A model generated the notes under the pieces. That model was not told the DNA's origin, made no database searches, and saw only the letters and a list, made by a program, of their open reading frames with translations. A DNA stretch of 64,000 nt from a virus, in IMG/VR virus record IMGVR_UViG_3300033233_000017, positions 38,727 through 102,726 of that record. One strand, written 5' to 3'. This document shows, in pieces, positions 55,137 to 63,031 of this stretch; position 1 is the stretch's first letter, and each line of letters starts with the position of its first letter. The translations under genes were made by a program, and so were the position numbers.

Positions 55137-55526
55137 TCAACTTTGCGTGAACTGCGGCGTCACTTTGATCTGATCTCCATTCTGCTGCACGTTGTATGGG
55201 CCGTTGCTGAACCGTTCTGCGAACATCAACTTGCCGTCCGTGTCGCGAGTCACGTAATAACCGTACACGTTCCCGAGCGCCCCGGTGAACCCAAACGTTT
55301 GCTGTGCATAGGCCGCAGAGGTTGGCGTTCCTGGAGTGATGGTCCATGACCCTCCCGTCAGAGTCTTGGTCGCGTACCCATTCCCGGTCGCTTCCGTGAG
55401 ATTCGCCTCGGTGCTTGCCTTGACGGGTGTGTAATCGTTTGTGAAGAGTCGCAAGGTCATGGAGCCCGCAAAGAACCCCGTGAGTATCTGGACTTCGCCC
55501 TGGTTACATAATACGAGGGACATCAC
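55137..55526 (-). CDS. small beta-sandwich virion/fibre protein
   Basis: LRLFTNDYTP..TEA.GNGYA..VYGYYVT..AERF, a family common in phage fibre clusters. Confidence 0.65.
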   Translation of the reverse strand: MMSLVLCNQGEVQILTGFFAGSMTLRLFTNDYTPVKASTEANLTEATGNGYATKTLTGGSWTITPGTPTSAAYAQQTFGFTGALGNVYGYYVTRDTDGKLMFAERFSNGPYNVQQNGDQIKVTPQFTQS

Positions 55527-55532
55527 TTACTC

Positions 55533-56033
55533 CTATGGCAGAGTTGAAGTTTGGAGATAAACATTCACTGACCCTGCGGTTAAGGCGGAGGCGTTTGCCC
55601 CGGTCGTCTTAATCTCGACAACCAGAGCTATCGTCGCGTCCGTGCGTGCGGCGCGGTTTAGGCCACCGTTAAGGTACGGTAGCGCGGTGATGGCTTGATG
55701 CACATCATAATCGGTTGCTACGGAAGTAGAGGCTCCCGAAGTGCCAACGCTCGCGGTCACTGCGTTGATCGCCGTCCCCGCAAAGGGGACGGTATGTTCG
55801 ACGACGACGCCGTGCATCACCGTCTTAGCCGGAAGCGTCACGAGAGCCACTTGCTGAGTAGTGGCGTTCGCCTTCGCATCCCCGGAGACCCCGTTCACGG
55901 TCCAATTACTACCGCTCATCGAGATCGTGTACTTCGCCCACGTCGCTACAGACGGACCTCCATAGACGCCAAATCCTGTCTGCCCCTGGCAAGAGAGAGA
56001 ACACGCGAGGAAGACCAGGAGGATCTTTCGCAT
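55533..56033 (-). CDS. secreted small beta-sandwich protein (decoration/cement-like)
   Basis: Signal MRKILLVFLACSLSCQG; LVTLPAKTV..VVV..TVPF..SVGT..LTAGSVNVY. Confidence 0.6.
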   Translation of the reverse strand: MRKILLVFLACSLSCQGQTGFGVYGGPSVATWAKYTISMSGSNWTVNGVSGDAKANATTQQVALVTLPAKTVMHGVVVEHTVPFAGTAINAVTASVGTSGASTSVATDYDVHQAITALPYLNGGLNRAARTDATIALVVEIKTTGANASALTAGSVNVYLQTSTLP

Positions 56034-56043
56034 GGAGGTCACT

Positions 56044-56415
56044 CTATCCCCTGGCCGCGATAAATCCAGTGACAGCCGCGCCATCCGAAGCCACCCAGGA
56101 GACGCCATTTGGACAGAACCTTCCGCCCTCTTCCCGAGGGAAGACGCGCAGATGATCGGAATTGGCGGCGATGCTCACGGTCGGAACCACTTCGCGAGAG
56201 GGGCTCTGCTTGTCGGTAATCGTCACAGTGACCGTCGCGGCGGATTTGTTGGATAGGTGGATCAGCGTCAGGAACACATCGTTGGTGAATACATCTTCGG
56301 CAGATGCCGGAACCAACTTCGGGTTGATATAGAGCGGCGCTCCGAACTCTGCGGAGCCGTTTTTTACGGTAACAGCCACGAGATCCTCCGAGGCGCAGAT
56401 GCGCCCTTCCTGCAC
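56044..56415 (-). CDS. small jelly-roll-like virion protein; first gene after the late promoter
   Basis: IHLSNKSAATVTVTITD..G..CPNGVSWVAS. Confidence 0.55.
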   Translation of the reverse strand: MQEGRICASEDLVAVTVKNGSAEFGAPLYINPKLVPASAEDVFTNDVFLTLIHLSNKSAATVTVTITDKQSPSREVVPTVSIAANSDHLRVFPREEGGRFCPNGVSWVASDGAAVTGFIAARG

Positions 56416-56504
56416 TTATTCTACGCCGAAAGACCCTGTTTCCAATCCGAAATAGGCGAATAGTTGAAGTGATAGTTCAGGAGCGCGACATATGCGCGCG
56501 TACA

Positions 56505-56543
56505 TGATAAACCCCGTAGCAGGCTGCATCCCGCTACGGGGTT
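56505..56543 (-). terminator. intrinsic terminator-like hairpin just downstream of a promoter
   Basis: 11-bp perfect stem AACCCCGTAGC (56510-56520) / GCTACGGGGTT (56533-56543); the minus strand ends GGGGTTTAT. Confidence 0.65.
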
Positions 56544-56573
56544 GTCGCGGCGTATACCTACCAGCTCCGCAAG

Positions 56574-56602
56574 AGTATACCACTTGAAATTAGCTACGTC
56601 AA
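56574..56602 (-). promoter_or_regulatory. near-consensus sigma70 promoter heading the late region
   Basis: TTGACG (56602-56597), 17-nt spacer with an extended -10 TG, TATACT (56579-56574). Confidence 0.75.
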
Positions 56603-56670
56603 CTTCTTCTGGCTATTTAGGTGAATTCAAACTTGCCGCGAAGACGCAGTGCTTGTGGTTCTCCATCCCA

Positions 56671-57408
56671 CTACTCCTTCGCATACCTTCCCCACTGCCC
56701 CCGATCCGTGATAATCTTGACGCTCGGGTCGATCAGGCTCGCCTCCACCGTCTCATCGTGCGGCAGGTAGTCCATGCTGGCTCCGGCCTCTTCCATGCTC
56801 ATGCCCGGTTGCGCTCTTGGCTCGACCGTGCGCCGCTGCGCCGTGTACATGGCGTCAGCCTGCGTCATGATGTCGCGCAGTGCGCCCTGAACGTCGATCC
56901 CGGACGAGCGCACGGAGAAGGTCATCGTCGGCCCGTCTTCCTGACCTTCGGCGCGGTAGCACAACCGCACGAAGCCCATCTCTGGCGGAGAGGACACCAG
57001 CGATCTAAGCAAGATTACAGAGGTTCCACCCATCGCAGTCGGCTTCACCTCTAGGCTCAGTGGCAGGTGTTTGCTCAGAATGGCGACGATATCCGACATC
57101 TCCATCTGTGGCACGTCCTCTTCGACGGCGGACCGGAGCCCAAGCACATGGCTCGGAGGCGCTGGCGCGGCATGGATGATCTTTGATTCGGTCGCAGGCT
57201 TTCTGAGGACATCCAGCGTTCCGGAGCGCAGGCTGTTCACAAGGAGCGGTTGTGCGTTCTGCGGCGTTCCCAGATCCCCGGCGATCTCCTTGGCGACGGC
57301 TACCCGGTCCCGGATAAGCGACAGCAGTTCTTCCGGACTCCGACCAGCGTTGCGCGTCAGTACGCCCAAAATGACGTTCTGGTACTGTTCGATCTCGTTC
57401 ATGTCCAT
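56671..57408 (-). CDS. hypothetical protein
   Basis: Start MDMNEIEQ is coupled to the upstream stop; the longer 410-aa extension overlaps another gene. Confidence 0.55.
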   Translation of the reverse strand: MDMNEIEQYQNVILGVLTRNAGRSPEELLSLIRDRVAVAKEIAGDLGTPQNAQPLLVNSLRSGTLDVLRKPATESKIIHAAPAPPSHVLGLRSAVEEDVPQMEMSDIVAILSKHLPLSLEVKPTAMGGTSVILLRSLVSSPPEMGFVRLCYRAEGQEDGPTMTFSVRSSGIDVQGALRDIMTQADAMYTAQRRTVEPRAQPGMSMEEAGASMDYLPHDETVEASLIDPSVKIITDRGQWGRYAKE

Positions 57409-57881
57409 CACCCCAATGTCAGATCGTTCATTCCGCTCGATCCCTGGATCAGCGTCTCGGCCTCTTCCTGCGCCGCCGCTTCCGCCTCGTCTTTCCCCAT
57501 CCCTTGCAGCATCTTTTTCGTGGTCTCGAAGATGATCGAACGATCCGTGTCCGACTGGTCGATCAGCGCATCCGAGGTCCGCTCCTTCTGCCCGCTGAAG
57601 AGGTCCTGGTGCAGTTTCTCCACGTCCAGGGAGAAGGCACTGATCGCTTCTCGCTGCCCTTCCCAGGCGCTCGCCATCGCCTTCAACGCCTCGGGGAGCT
57701 TGCTTATCTGCGCGGTCGCGGCGCTGAATGCCTGCACCTGCGCGGTAAGCGCATCCAGCTTTCCCAGAAGTTCCTTCTGGTTCTGCCGCTTCAACCAAAG
57801 CAACCAGCCTGCGCCAAAAAGAAGGACGAAGAAGACGAAACAGCACACCACCGCCAGTACCACCGCCGTAACCATACTCAT
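57408..57881 (-). CDS. N-terminally membrane-anchored coiled-coil protein
   Basis: Long hydrophobic N-terminus; RBS AGGAGG. Confidence 0.6.
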   Translation of the reverse strand: MSMVTAVVLAVVCCFVFFVLLFGAGWLLWLKRQNQKELLGKLDALTAQVQAFSAATAQISKLPEALKAMASAWEGQREAISAFSLDVEKLHQDLFSGQKERTSDALIDQSDTDRSIIFETTKKMLQGMGKDEAEAAAQEEAETLIQGSSGMNDLTLG

Positions 57882-58030
57882 GACCGAACCCTCCTGTATA
57901 CATTTATGCTAACCTAAGCCTATGGGAACATCCACCCGCCGCAAAGTCGGGCAACCGAAACTACCGGACCATTTGAGAAGGCAACTGCTTCTCTGCCGCG
58001 TTCTTCCAAGCACGCGACAATATCTGGAGA

Positions 58031-58083
58031 AGATGAAACAGGAGACCGGGATGGCGAATCTGGGTCGCGTGCTCGATCTCCTG
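58031..58083 (-). terminator. possible intrinsic terminator
   Basis: Minus strand CAGGAGATCG..CGGTCTCCTG followed by TTTCATCTT, just after the stop at 58098. Confidence 0.4.
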
Positions 58084-58097
58084 ATCTCCGGACAGAG

Positions 58098-58598
58098 TTA
58101 GATCCCAACCGTCTTCGCCAGCGCCTCGATGATCGCTGCGTGCCGATTCGTGAACACGGCGGGCTGCGTCGGTTCGAGCATTTTGGCTACGTTGTTGTCG
58201 CGCACGTAGGGTCCATTATCCCCCGGCCTCTGCTTGGAAATGATCTCTTCCCACGGTTGCCGCGCCCGAATCGGCGTCGGGACTTCGGGCTTGCCTAAAC
58301 TCCCTACTCCAATCTCGTTGGCATACCCCATTGGAATGTTGTACGTCCGCGCCTCTTCCAGCCGGATCGTGAGCCGTTTTACCACGGCGTTTGGTCCAAC
58401 CACTGCGACTGCCTCGGGATAGACCATGTAGTCGTCTTCGGAGGTGGCCGACTCGTCGGCCCAGTACTTTGGTGCCCGCGTCGGGTCGAACGCCGGAGCG
58501 TCCTTACCGAAGGTCCGCTTGTACTCGTCGCGGCTGAATCTGTGAAACAGCCCGAGGATGAATACCGTTGCACACCCCGGAGGGTCCATTGCTGCCAT
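58098..58598 (-). CDS. hypothetical protein
   Basis: ATG at 58598 after AAGGAG; motif APAFDPTRAPKYWAD. Confidence 0.6.
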   Translation of the reverse strand: MAAMDPPGCATVFILGLFHRFSRDEYKRTFGKDAPAFDPTRAPKYWADESATSEDDYMVYPEAVAVVGPNAVVKRLTIRLEEARTYNIPMGYANEIGVGSLGKPEVPTPIRARQPWEEIISKQRPGDNGPYVRDNNVAKMLEPTQPAVFTNRHAAIIEALAKTVGI

Positions 58599-58612
58599 GA
58601 TGTTAGTCTCCT

Positions 58613-58780
58613 TTACTCCGTCTCGTTGATGGCGATGCCGGCATTCGCCCACATCACCGCCTGTTGCAGATTGGTGTACGCGAGCGCCTTGGCATCGGCA
58701 CGAATCCGCTCATACCGCGCCGCTTGGTCGCCAAAGGGCTTGTGGTACGTGAAGATGTTCTCGATTTCCTTTGTGGTCAT
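58613..58780 (-). CDS. Acb2/Tad1-like nucleotide-sponge family protein, 55 aa, apparently with an internal deletion
   Basis: Hand translation: MTTKEIENIFTYHKPFGDQAARYERIRADAKALAYTNLQQAVMWANAGIAINETE. Confidence 0.65.
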   Translation of the reverse strand: MTTKEIENIFTYHKPFGDQAARYERIRADAKALAYTNLQQAVMWANAGIAINETE

Positions 58781-58783
58781 AGG

Positions 58784-59815
58784 TTACTCGTCCTTCCAGG
58801 GCGCGTCGTCGCTCTCTGCTTCGGAATTACGCGCCGATGCCGGGTCGATGAAGTTAAGCGCCTCCGTGGTGGCGCAGGTTAACCGTTCCACGGTATGCTG
58901 CACCACCGTCGTCGGCACATCCACGCTCCAGCCATCCTGGTCGTTGATCTTTACCCGAACCTTCATACCCGGCTTCAGCATCGCGCCACGCTTGAACGTA
59001 TGTGCGCATACGTGGAACGCTTCTTCGACCGAGACCCCCAACACCCGTACCCCGTTTGAGATGCGGGTGTGGAGAGTCAACGGTGGCGAGATTTGGGTGC
59101 CCTGTTCGAGTACCATGATTTCCGGTAGCGGCAACGGGACCGCTGGCGCGGGTTCCGGCACGGCGGCTTCGGCGTGGACTACCATGGTCTTCGACTTCGG
59201 CTCCGGACTGCGGAACCGCTCCCGTGTTTCGCGCTTTTTGCTGGCTGCCTCCCGCACCGCCTCCGGCCCCTCTTCCACCAGCCTGCGCTGTTCGGCTTTG
59301 GGTAGGTTGACGATCTCCGCAGCCGCCGTGACCGCAACGTCCCCAGAGGCCACGGCGTCGTTCAACTGCGCATCCCCGAATTCGACCACCTGCTGCGCCG
59401 CTTCGATCATGCGCGGCGAGACGTGCATGGTTTCCGCTACCTGCTCGGAGATCTTACCCTGCGGCACTTCTCCCGCCGCCTTGCGCCCGCGCTTGGTTTC
59501 AGCCTTGAGCAGTTTGGCGATCTTGGCCCCGATGTGGGCGCGTTGCGAATCGCTCAGGTGCCGCCGCGTCAGATTCAGGCTGACGACGAAATCGGTCAGC
59601 GATCCTTGCCCGTCCCAGGTCTGATAGGGCGGCTCGACATCCAGGGCTTTACAGGCGTTGTAGCGGTTGCGCCCGTCGATGACGGAGCCGTCTGGATGCA
59701 ACCAGAGCGGTTGGCGCACGCCGTTGCGGGCGATATCGGCCTGTAAATCGGCGGAGGCGCGGCGGTCCATCAAGGGGAAGAGGGCGCAAACGGAGTGAAA
59801 CGGTCGTTCTTGCAT
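58784..59815 (-). CDS. ParB/Srx-like N-terminal domain plus HTH protein
   Basis: LFPLM..LQADIARNGVRQPL..VIDGRNRYNAC..NLTRRHLSDSQRA; HTH EQVAETMHVSPRMIEAA. Confidence 0.75.
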   Translation of the reverse strand: MQERPFHSVCALFPLMDRRASADLQADIARNGVRQPLWLHPDGSVIDGRNRYNACKALDVEPPYQTWDGQGSLTDFVVSLNLTRRHLSDSQRAHIGAKIAKLLKAETKRGRKAAGEVPQGKISEQVAETMHVSPRMIEAAQQVVEFGDAQLNDAVASGDVAVTAAAEIVNLPKAEQRRLVEEGPEAVREAASKKRETRERFRSPEPKSKTMVVHAEAAVPEPAPAVPLPLPEIMVLEQGTQISPPLTLHTRISNGVRVLGVSVEEAFHVCAHTFKRGAMLKPGMKVRVKINDQDGWSVDVPTTVVQHTVERLTCATTEALNFIDPASARNSEAESDDAPWKDE

Positions 59816-59892
59816 GTTGTTTGTCATCTTAAGTTTGCACCCAATCACGCAAGTGGTCAACGTTAAAGAGCGCAGATCTGCGCTGATTCTTC

Positions 59893-60051
59893 TTAGCGCC
59901 AGAAGTATAGAATACCCGCGATCCAGAATGCCGTCTCAATCACGGTTAAGGCTGACTCTATCGGTGTGTAGACCACTGGCTTTCCTGTCTTCGCCACGCG
60001 AATGGCGGCTCCGCCCACGAACGCTCCGATCAGCAACCATTTGAACCACAT
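59893..60051 (-). CDS. 52-aa two-TM membrane peptide (not in the ORF track)
   Basis: MWFKWLLIGAFVGGAAIRVAKTGKPVVYTPIESALTVIETAFWIAGILYFWR. Confidence 0.45.
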   Translation of the reverse strand: MWFKWLLIGAFVGGAAIRVAKTGKPVVYTPIESALTVIETAFWIAGILYFWR

Positions 60052-60217
60052 TATCCTAACCTCGTTCTTTTGCGGAGCCAGCGGGCCGGATTGTTTACCA
60101 GCCGTCTGCCTAGTTTCCTATTACTGGAGTCACCCAGATAGGGTTCGGCCAAGCTGCCCAAGGTGACTAGCCTTGGCCGGGGATCGCGCCCCCACGCCGC
60201 CGCTGGCATAACTCGCC

Positions 60218-60439
60218 TTATCTGGCTGTAGCCTCGTCCGGAGCGGAATCTTCTGCCGTGGCCTGCTGGCATGTCGGCTGGCATGTCGGCTCCACCATCC
60301 AACCGTTCCAGCGTTGCGATATGTAGGACAGCACGCGAACCTGCTCGGAAAAACTGAGAGGACTCAACGCCTGTATCACGCCGGAGATGGCCTGAACCTC
60401 CGGATCGGATGCAACTACTTCTTTCTTTCGTGGCGACAT
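60218..60439 (-). CDS. hypothetical protein
   Basis: ATG at 60439 after GGGAG; DPEVQAI..AL.PL....RVL.Y pattern. Confidence 0.55.
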   Translation of the reverse strand: MSPRKKEVVASDPEVQAISGVIQALSPLSFSEQVRVLSYISQRWNGWMVEPTCQPTCQQATAEDSAPDEATAR

Positions 60440-60462
60440 CTTTCTACTCTCCCTTTTCAGAC

Positions 60463-60720
60463 TCAACGTTTCACTAACAATTTCGGGACGCGCAGAACCG
60501 CGTCCAACTCGAAGATCCGGCGCTCCGTAACCGCCATAGCCTCTTCCCATGTCGCGCCTGCTCCGACGTTCTCGCTGCCCCTCCAGATCATACACTTCCG
60601 CGATGGGCGCACGCGCTCAGAAACTCCCATTTTAGGACCCCACCTCTCGCGGGCGATCTTCAATGCCTGCTTCCAGGTCAGCGGAGCAAACTCGTGGAAC
60701 AACTCCAGATCGTAGCTCAT
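60463..60720 (-). CDS. hypothetical protein
   Basis: ORF with a G.GATWEEA motif, co-oriented with neighbours. Confidence 0.5.
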   Translation of the reverse strand: MSYDLELFHEFAPLTWKQALKIARERWGPKMGVSERVRPSRKCMIWRGSENVGAGATWEEAMAVTERRIFELDAVLRVPKLLVKR

Positions 60721-61045
60721 AAACGTTCCATTTAGACGCTGGAGGTCGCGTTCACCGCCGAAATGCGTTGCTTGGCATCGAACAGAATCCCCCGGATGGC
60801 TTGATGGCGGTTGATCTGTTTAATCCAGTAGGCGTAGCGGGCTAGGTCGCCGTCCTCGATGTCGCAGGCTGCCATCCTCGCAGCATCGGCCATCTGTGAC
60901 TCTGCGTACCTCACGGAGCACGAAAGCAACTCACAGTACGCGCAGCCGATAGCGCGCCACCGTAGCCGATGTATCGCCCGTCTGGGCCTTTGTTAAGGAG
61001 GGTCATGGGCGGATCTCACCGCTCCGGATGCGCTCGGCTAGTGTC

Positions 61046-61621
61046 CTAGTGGTTCTCTGCAAATCCACCCTCCCACCCAGGCGTATTCGGGCCATCGTAA
61101 TCAGCAGTCTTTAGCTTCTCTTCCCCATTGGCGAAGTCCTTCAGCCATTCAATTGCGGCATCCCACCCAGAGTTGAAATCCTTTGTGTATTCCACCTCGG
61201 TTGATTCCTCTGTGATCTCTTTGAGCCGCCGTGCCGCATCCTCCAGCGCCTTCGCCGCGACCTCCCGGTCGTGCGCGGGCAGGACGGCGGAGGGGTCATG
61301 CTTGATGTTTCGACCCAACCAATAGCTGAGTGACTCCATCGCTATGCTTTTCGAATTCCCTATTTCAGTGTGTTGATGATGATAGTCATCCCATCGACGG
61401 TTTACTTCATTCACTATTCCTGACAGTGCCACTTCCAACTCTGCGCATCGGGATTTGAGAGTAGATAGGGCGGCGACGGCTCCGAGCGGCCACAGCCCAA
61501 ACTCGTGTCCGGCTGCTTCTTTGGCCTGCTTCATCGCGGCATCCCATCGGGACTGTAGAGCATCGCACGCTGCCTGCAACCGCTCTGCCTGTAACTTCCA
61601 AACCTCTTCGGTCCCCGCCAT
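61046..61621 (-). CDS. hypothetical coiled-coil early protein
   Basis: RBS GGAGGT; ORF track. Confidence 0.55.
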   Translation of the reverse strand: MAGTEEVWKLQAERLQAACDALQSRWDAAMKQAKEAAGHEFGLWPLGAVAALSTLKSRCAELEVALSGIVNEVNRRWDDYHHQHTEIGNSKSIAMESLSYWLGRNIKHDPSAVLPAHDREVAAKALEDAARRLKEITEESTEVEYTKDFNSGWDAAIEWLKDFANGEEKLKTADYDGPNTPGWEGGFAENH

Positions 61622-61626
61622 GTGCT

Positions 61627-62079
61627 TTACACCTCCACCAACGGGACTTCGATCCCGCGCTTGAGCAATCCCTTGCGCACGGCATAGGGGCTCGTGCGCC
61701 CGCCGAACATCACCTCAACCCAGTGCCCCATCGCTGGAGCCACCCCGTAGTTCGGGTTCCACAGGTCGATGTCGATCTCGATCAGGTTCTCCGGGTGCGC
61801 TACCACCTGCATAGAATACCGGGCGCAACTCTCGCGCCATCCGTACCGCGCGGTCGCGCCGTGGTTCTGCACCGCGTCCCAGCGTTCAAAGGCCGGAAAG
61901 TCAGGCACGGTCTTGTGTTGTGCGTTCGACAGGTAGTGCAGGAACACGTCGTTCCAGCGGAACAGCGTCCGGTCCGGAAGCATATGCACGGGAATCAGCA
62001 GCGGAAATCCATACGCGGCAAACACCGCCCGGAAGTTCTGGAGTGATTGTTCCGCTAGAACGTCAGACCGCAAGCGCAC
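61627..62079 (-). CDS. hypothetical protein
   Basis: RBS AAGGAGG; overlaps the upstream HTH gene. Confidence 0.55.
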   Translation of the reverse strand: MRLRSDVLAEQSLQNFRAVFAAYGFPLLIPVHMLPDRTLFRWNDVFLHYLSNAQHKTVPDFPAFERWDAVQNHGATARYGWRESCARYSMQVVAHPENLIEIDIDLWNPNYGVAPAMGHWVEVMFGGRTSPYAVRKGLLKRGIEVPLVEV

Positions 62080-62260
62080 GCGCCCTCCTTAGTATCTCCG
62101 GCTTGGGCACCCACACGCGCCCATCCGCGTTTGTGACAACGTACTCCAACTCGCCCGCCCGAACCATCCTCGTGATCTCCGCAGGGTTCACGTGCAGCCA
62201 GTGGGCGGCGGAGTCGATGGTCAGATAAATCACTCCGTCAACTTCAAACGTTCTGCTCAC
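62063..62260 (-). CDS. MerR/excisionase-like helix-turn-helix protein
   Basis: YLTIDSAAHWLHVNPAEITRMVRAGEL..GRVWV. Confidence 0.65.
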   Translation of the reverse strand: MSRTFEVDGVIYLTIDSAAHWLHVNPAEITRMVRAGELEYVVTNADGRVWVPKPEILRRARALAV

Positions 62261-62457
62261 GACTCTATCCTAGCCTGACGCATATGCGCCTGCTGTTGCC
62301 GTACCCATGCGACGGAGATGTACCAGAGCCCCCCCGGTTGCTTGTACGCCGCTTCGCGGGGGATCTTTCCCTGCGCCAGCCAGCGCCGGATGGTGCGCTC
62401 GGAAATATCCAACTGCTGCGCCGCCAGAGGCGGACTCATGTATGCCGGCGCGCTCAT
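62257..62457 (-). CDS. excisionase-like HTH protein
   Basis: YMSPPLAAQQLDISERTIRRWLAQGKIP..GGLWYI; ATG at 62457. Confidence 0.7.
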   Translation of the reverse strand: MSAPAYMSPPLAAQQLDISERTIRRWLAQGKIPREAAYKQPGGLWYISVAWVRQQQAHMRQARIES

Positions 62458-62741
62458 GCTGACACCTTCACTTCCGTTTTGTGGCACCAGCACGCCTCTC
62501 TGCCCTTCCAGTCGCAGCCCACTGCGGGGCAAGTATTCAGAGGACGAACCGAGAACGAGTGTCCATTCGGGCACGCAAAGTAGAACGTCCGGCAGTTGTC
62601 GTCGTGATTATGGCCGGGAGGAGAATAATACCCAACCAGTGTGGACTTGCACCCCGGAGAGTAGCAAGACGTTCCACAGATCGGGCATTCATGCGTCAGT
62701 GTGCTGACCGAAGACCAGTTGACGTTTGGTAGTTCGATCAC
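62454..62741 (-). CDS. Cys/His-rich zinc-binding protein
   Basis: CPICG, HNHDDNC, CPNGH, CPAVGC, CWCH. Confidence 0.6.
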   Translation of the reverse strand: MIELPNVNWSSVSTLTHECPICGTSCYSPGCKSTLVGYYSPPGHNHDDNCRTFYFACPNGHSFSVRPLNTCPAVGCDWKGREACWCHKTEVKVSA

Positions 62742-63031
62742 AGGCCCAACTCCTTCAGTCGCGCTTCGAGTTCAGGGAAGTAAGCCTTGATCGGCTTCCA
62801 TCCACGCGCCATTTCGGTGTAACTAAAGGCGTTGAAAAGATCCCATAACTCGCTGGCAACCGGGACACCACCTGATCTCATCTTGGAGTAAGAGCACTTA
62901 CTAATCCGATCAATCAGGCAGGAACGATATTCCAGCGCGCGCTTACCCCGAGATAATTCCCGCAACGCCTCCAGCCAAGCTCCAACGATGAGCGCCGACA
63001 ACCCGATCCACACATATACTTCCCATCTCAT
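62738..63031 (-). CDS. membrane-anchored hypothetical protein
   Basis: N-terminal TM; stop overlaps the next start. Confidence 0.5.
   Translation of the reverse strand: MRWEVYVWIGLSALIVGAWLEALRELSRGKRALEYRSCLIDRISKCSYSKMRSGGVPVASELWDLFNAFSYTEMARGWKPIKAYFPELEARLKELGL

Noticed and set aside
57409-57903. N-terminal extension of the 410-aa ORF 56671..57903
   Set aside because: It overlaps the better-supported 57408-57881 membrane protein gene in another frame; the coupled start at 57408 is preferred.
60128-60179. Interleaved stems AGTCACC/GGTGACT and CGGCCAAG/CTTGGCCG resembling an HDV-like/theta ribozyme pseudoknot
   Set aside because: It lacks a proper P3/L3 and the catalytic J4/2 C-containing segment, is not next to the tRNA, and may lie in a small ORF (60051-60209).
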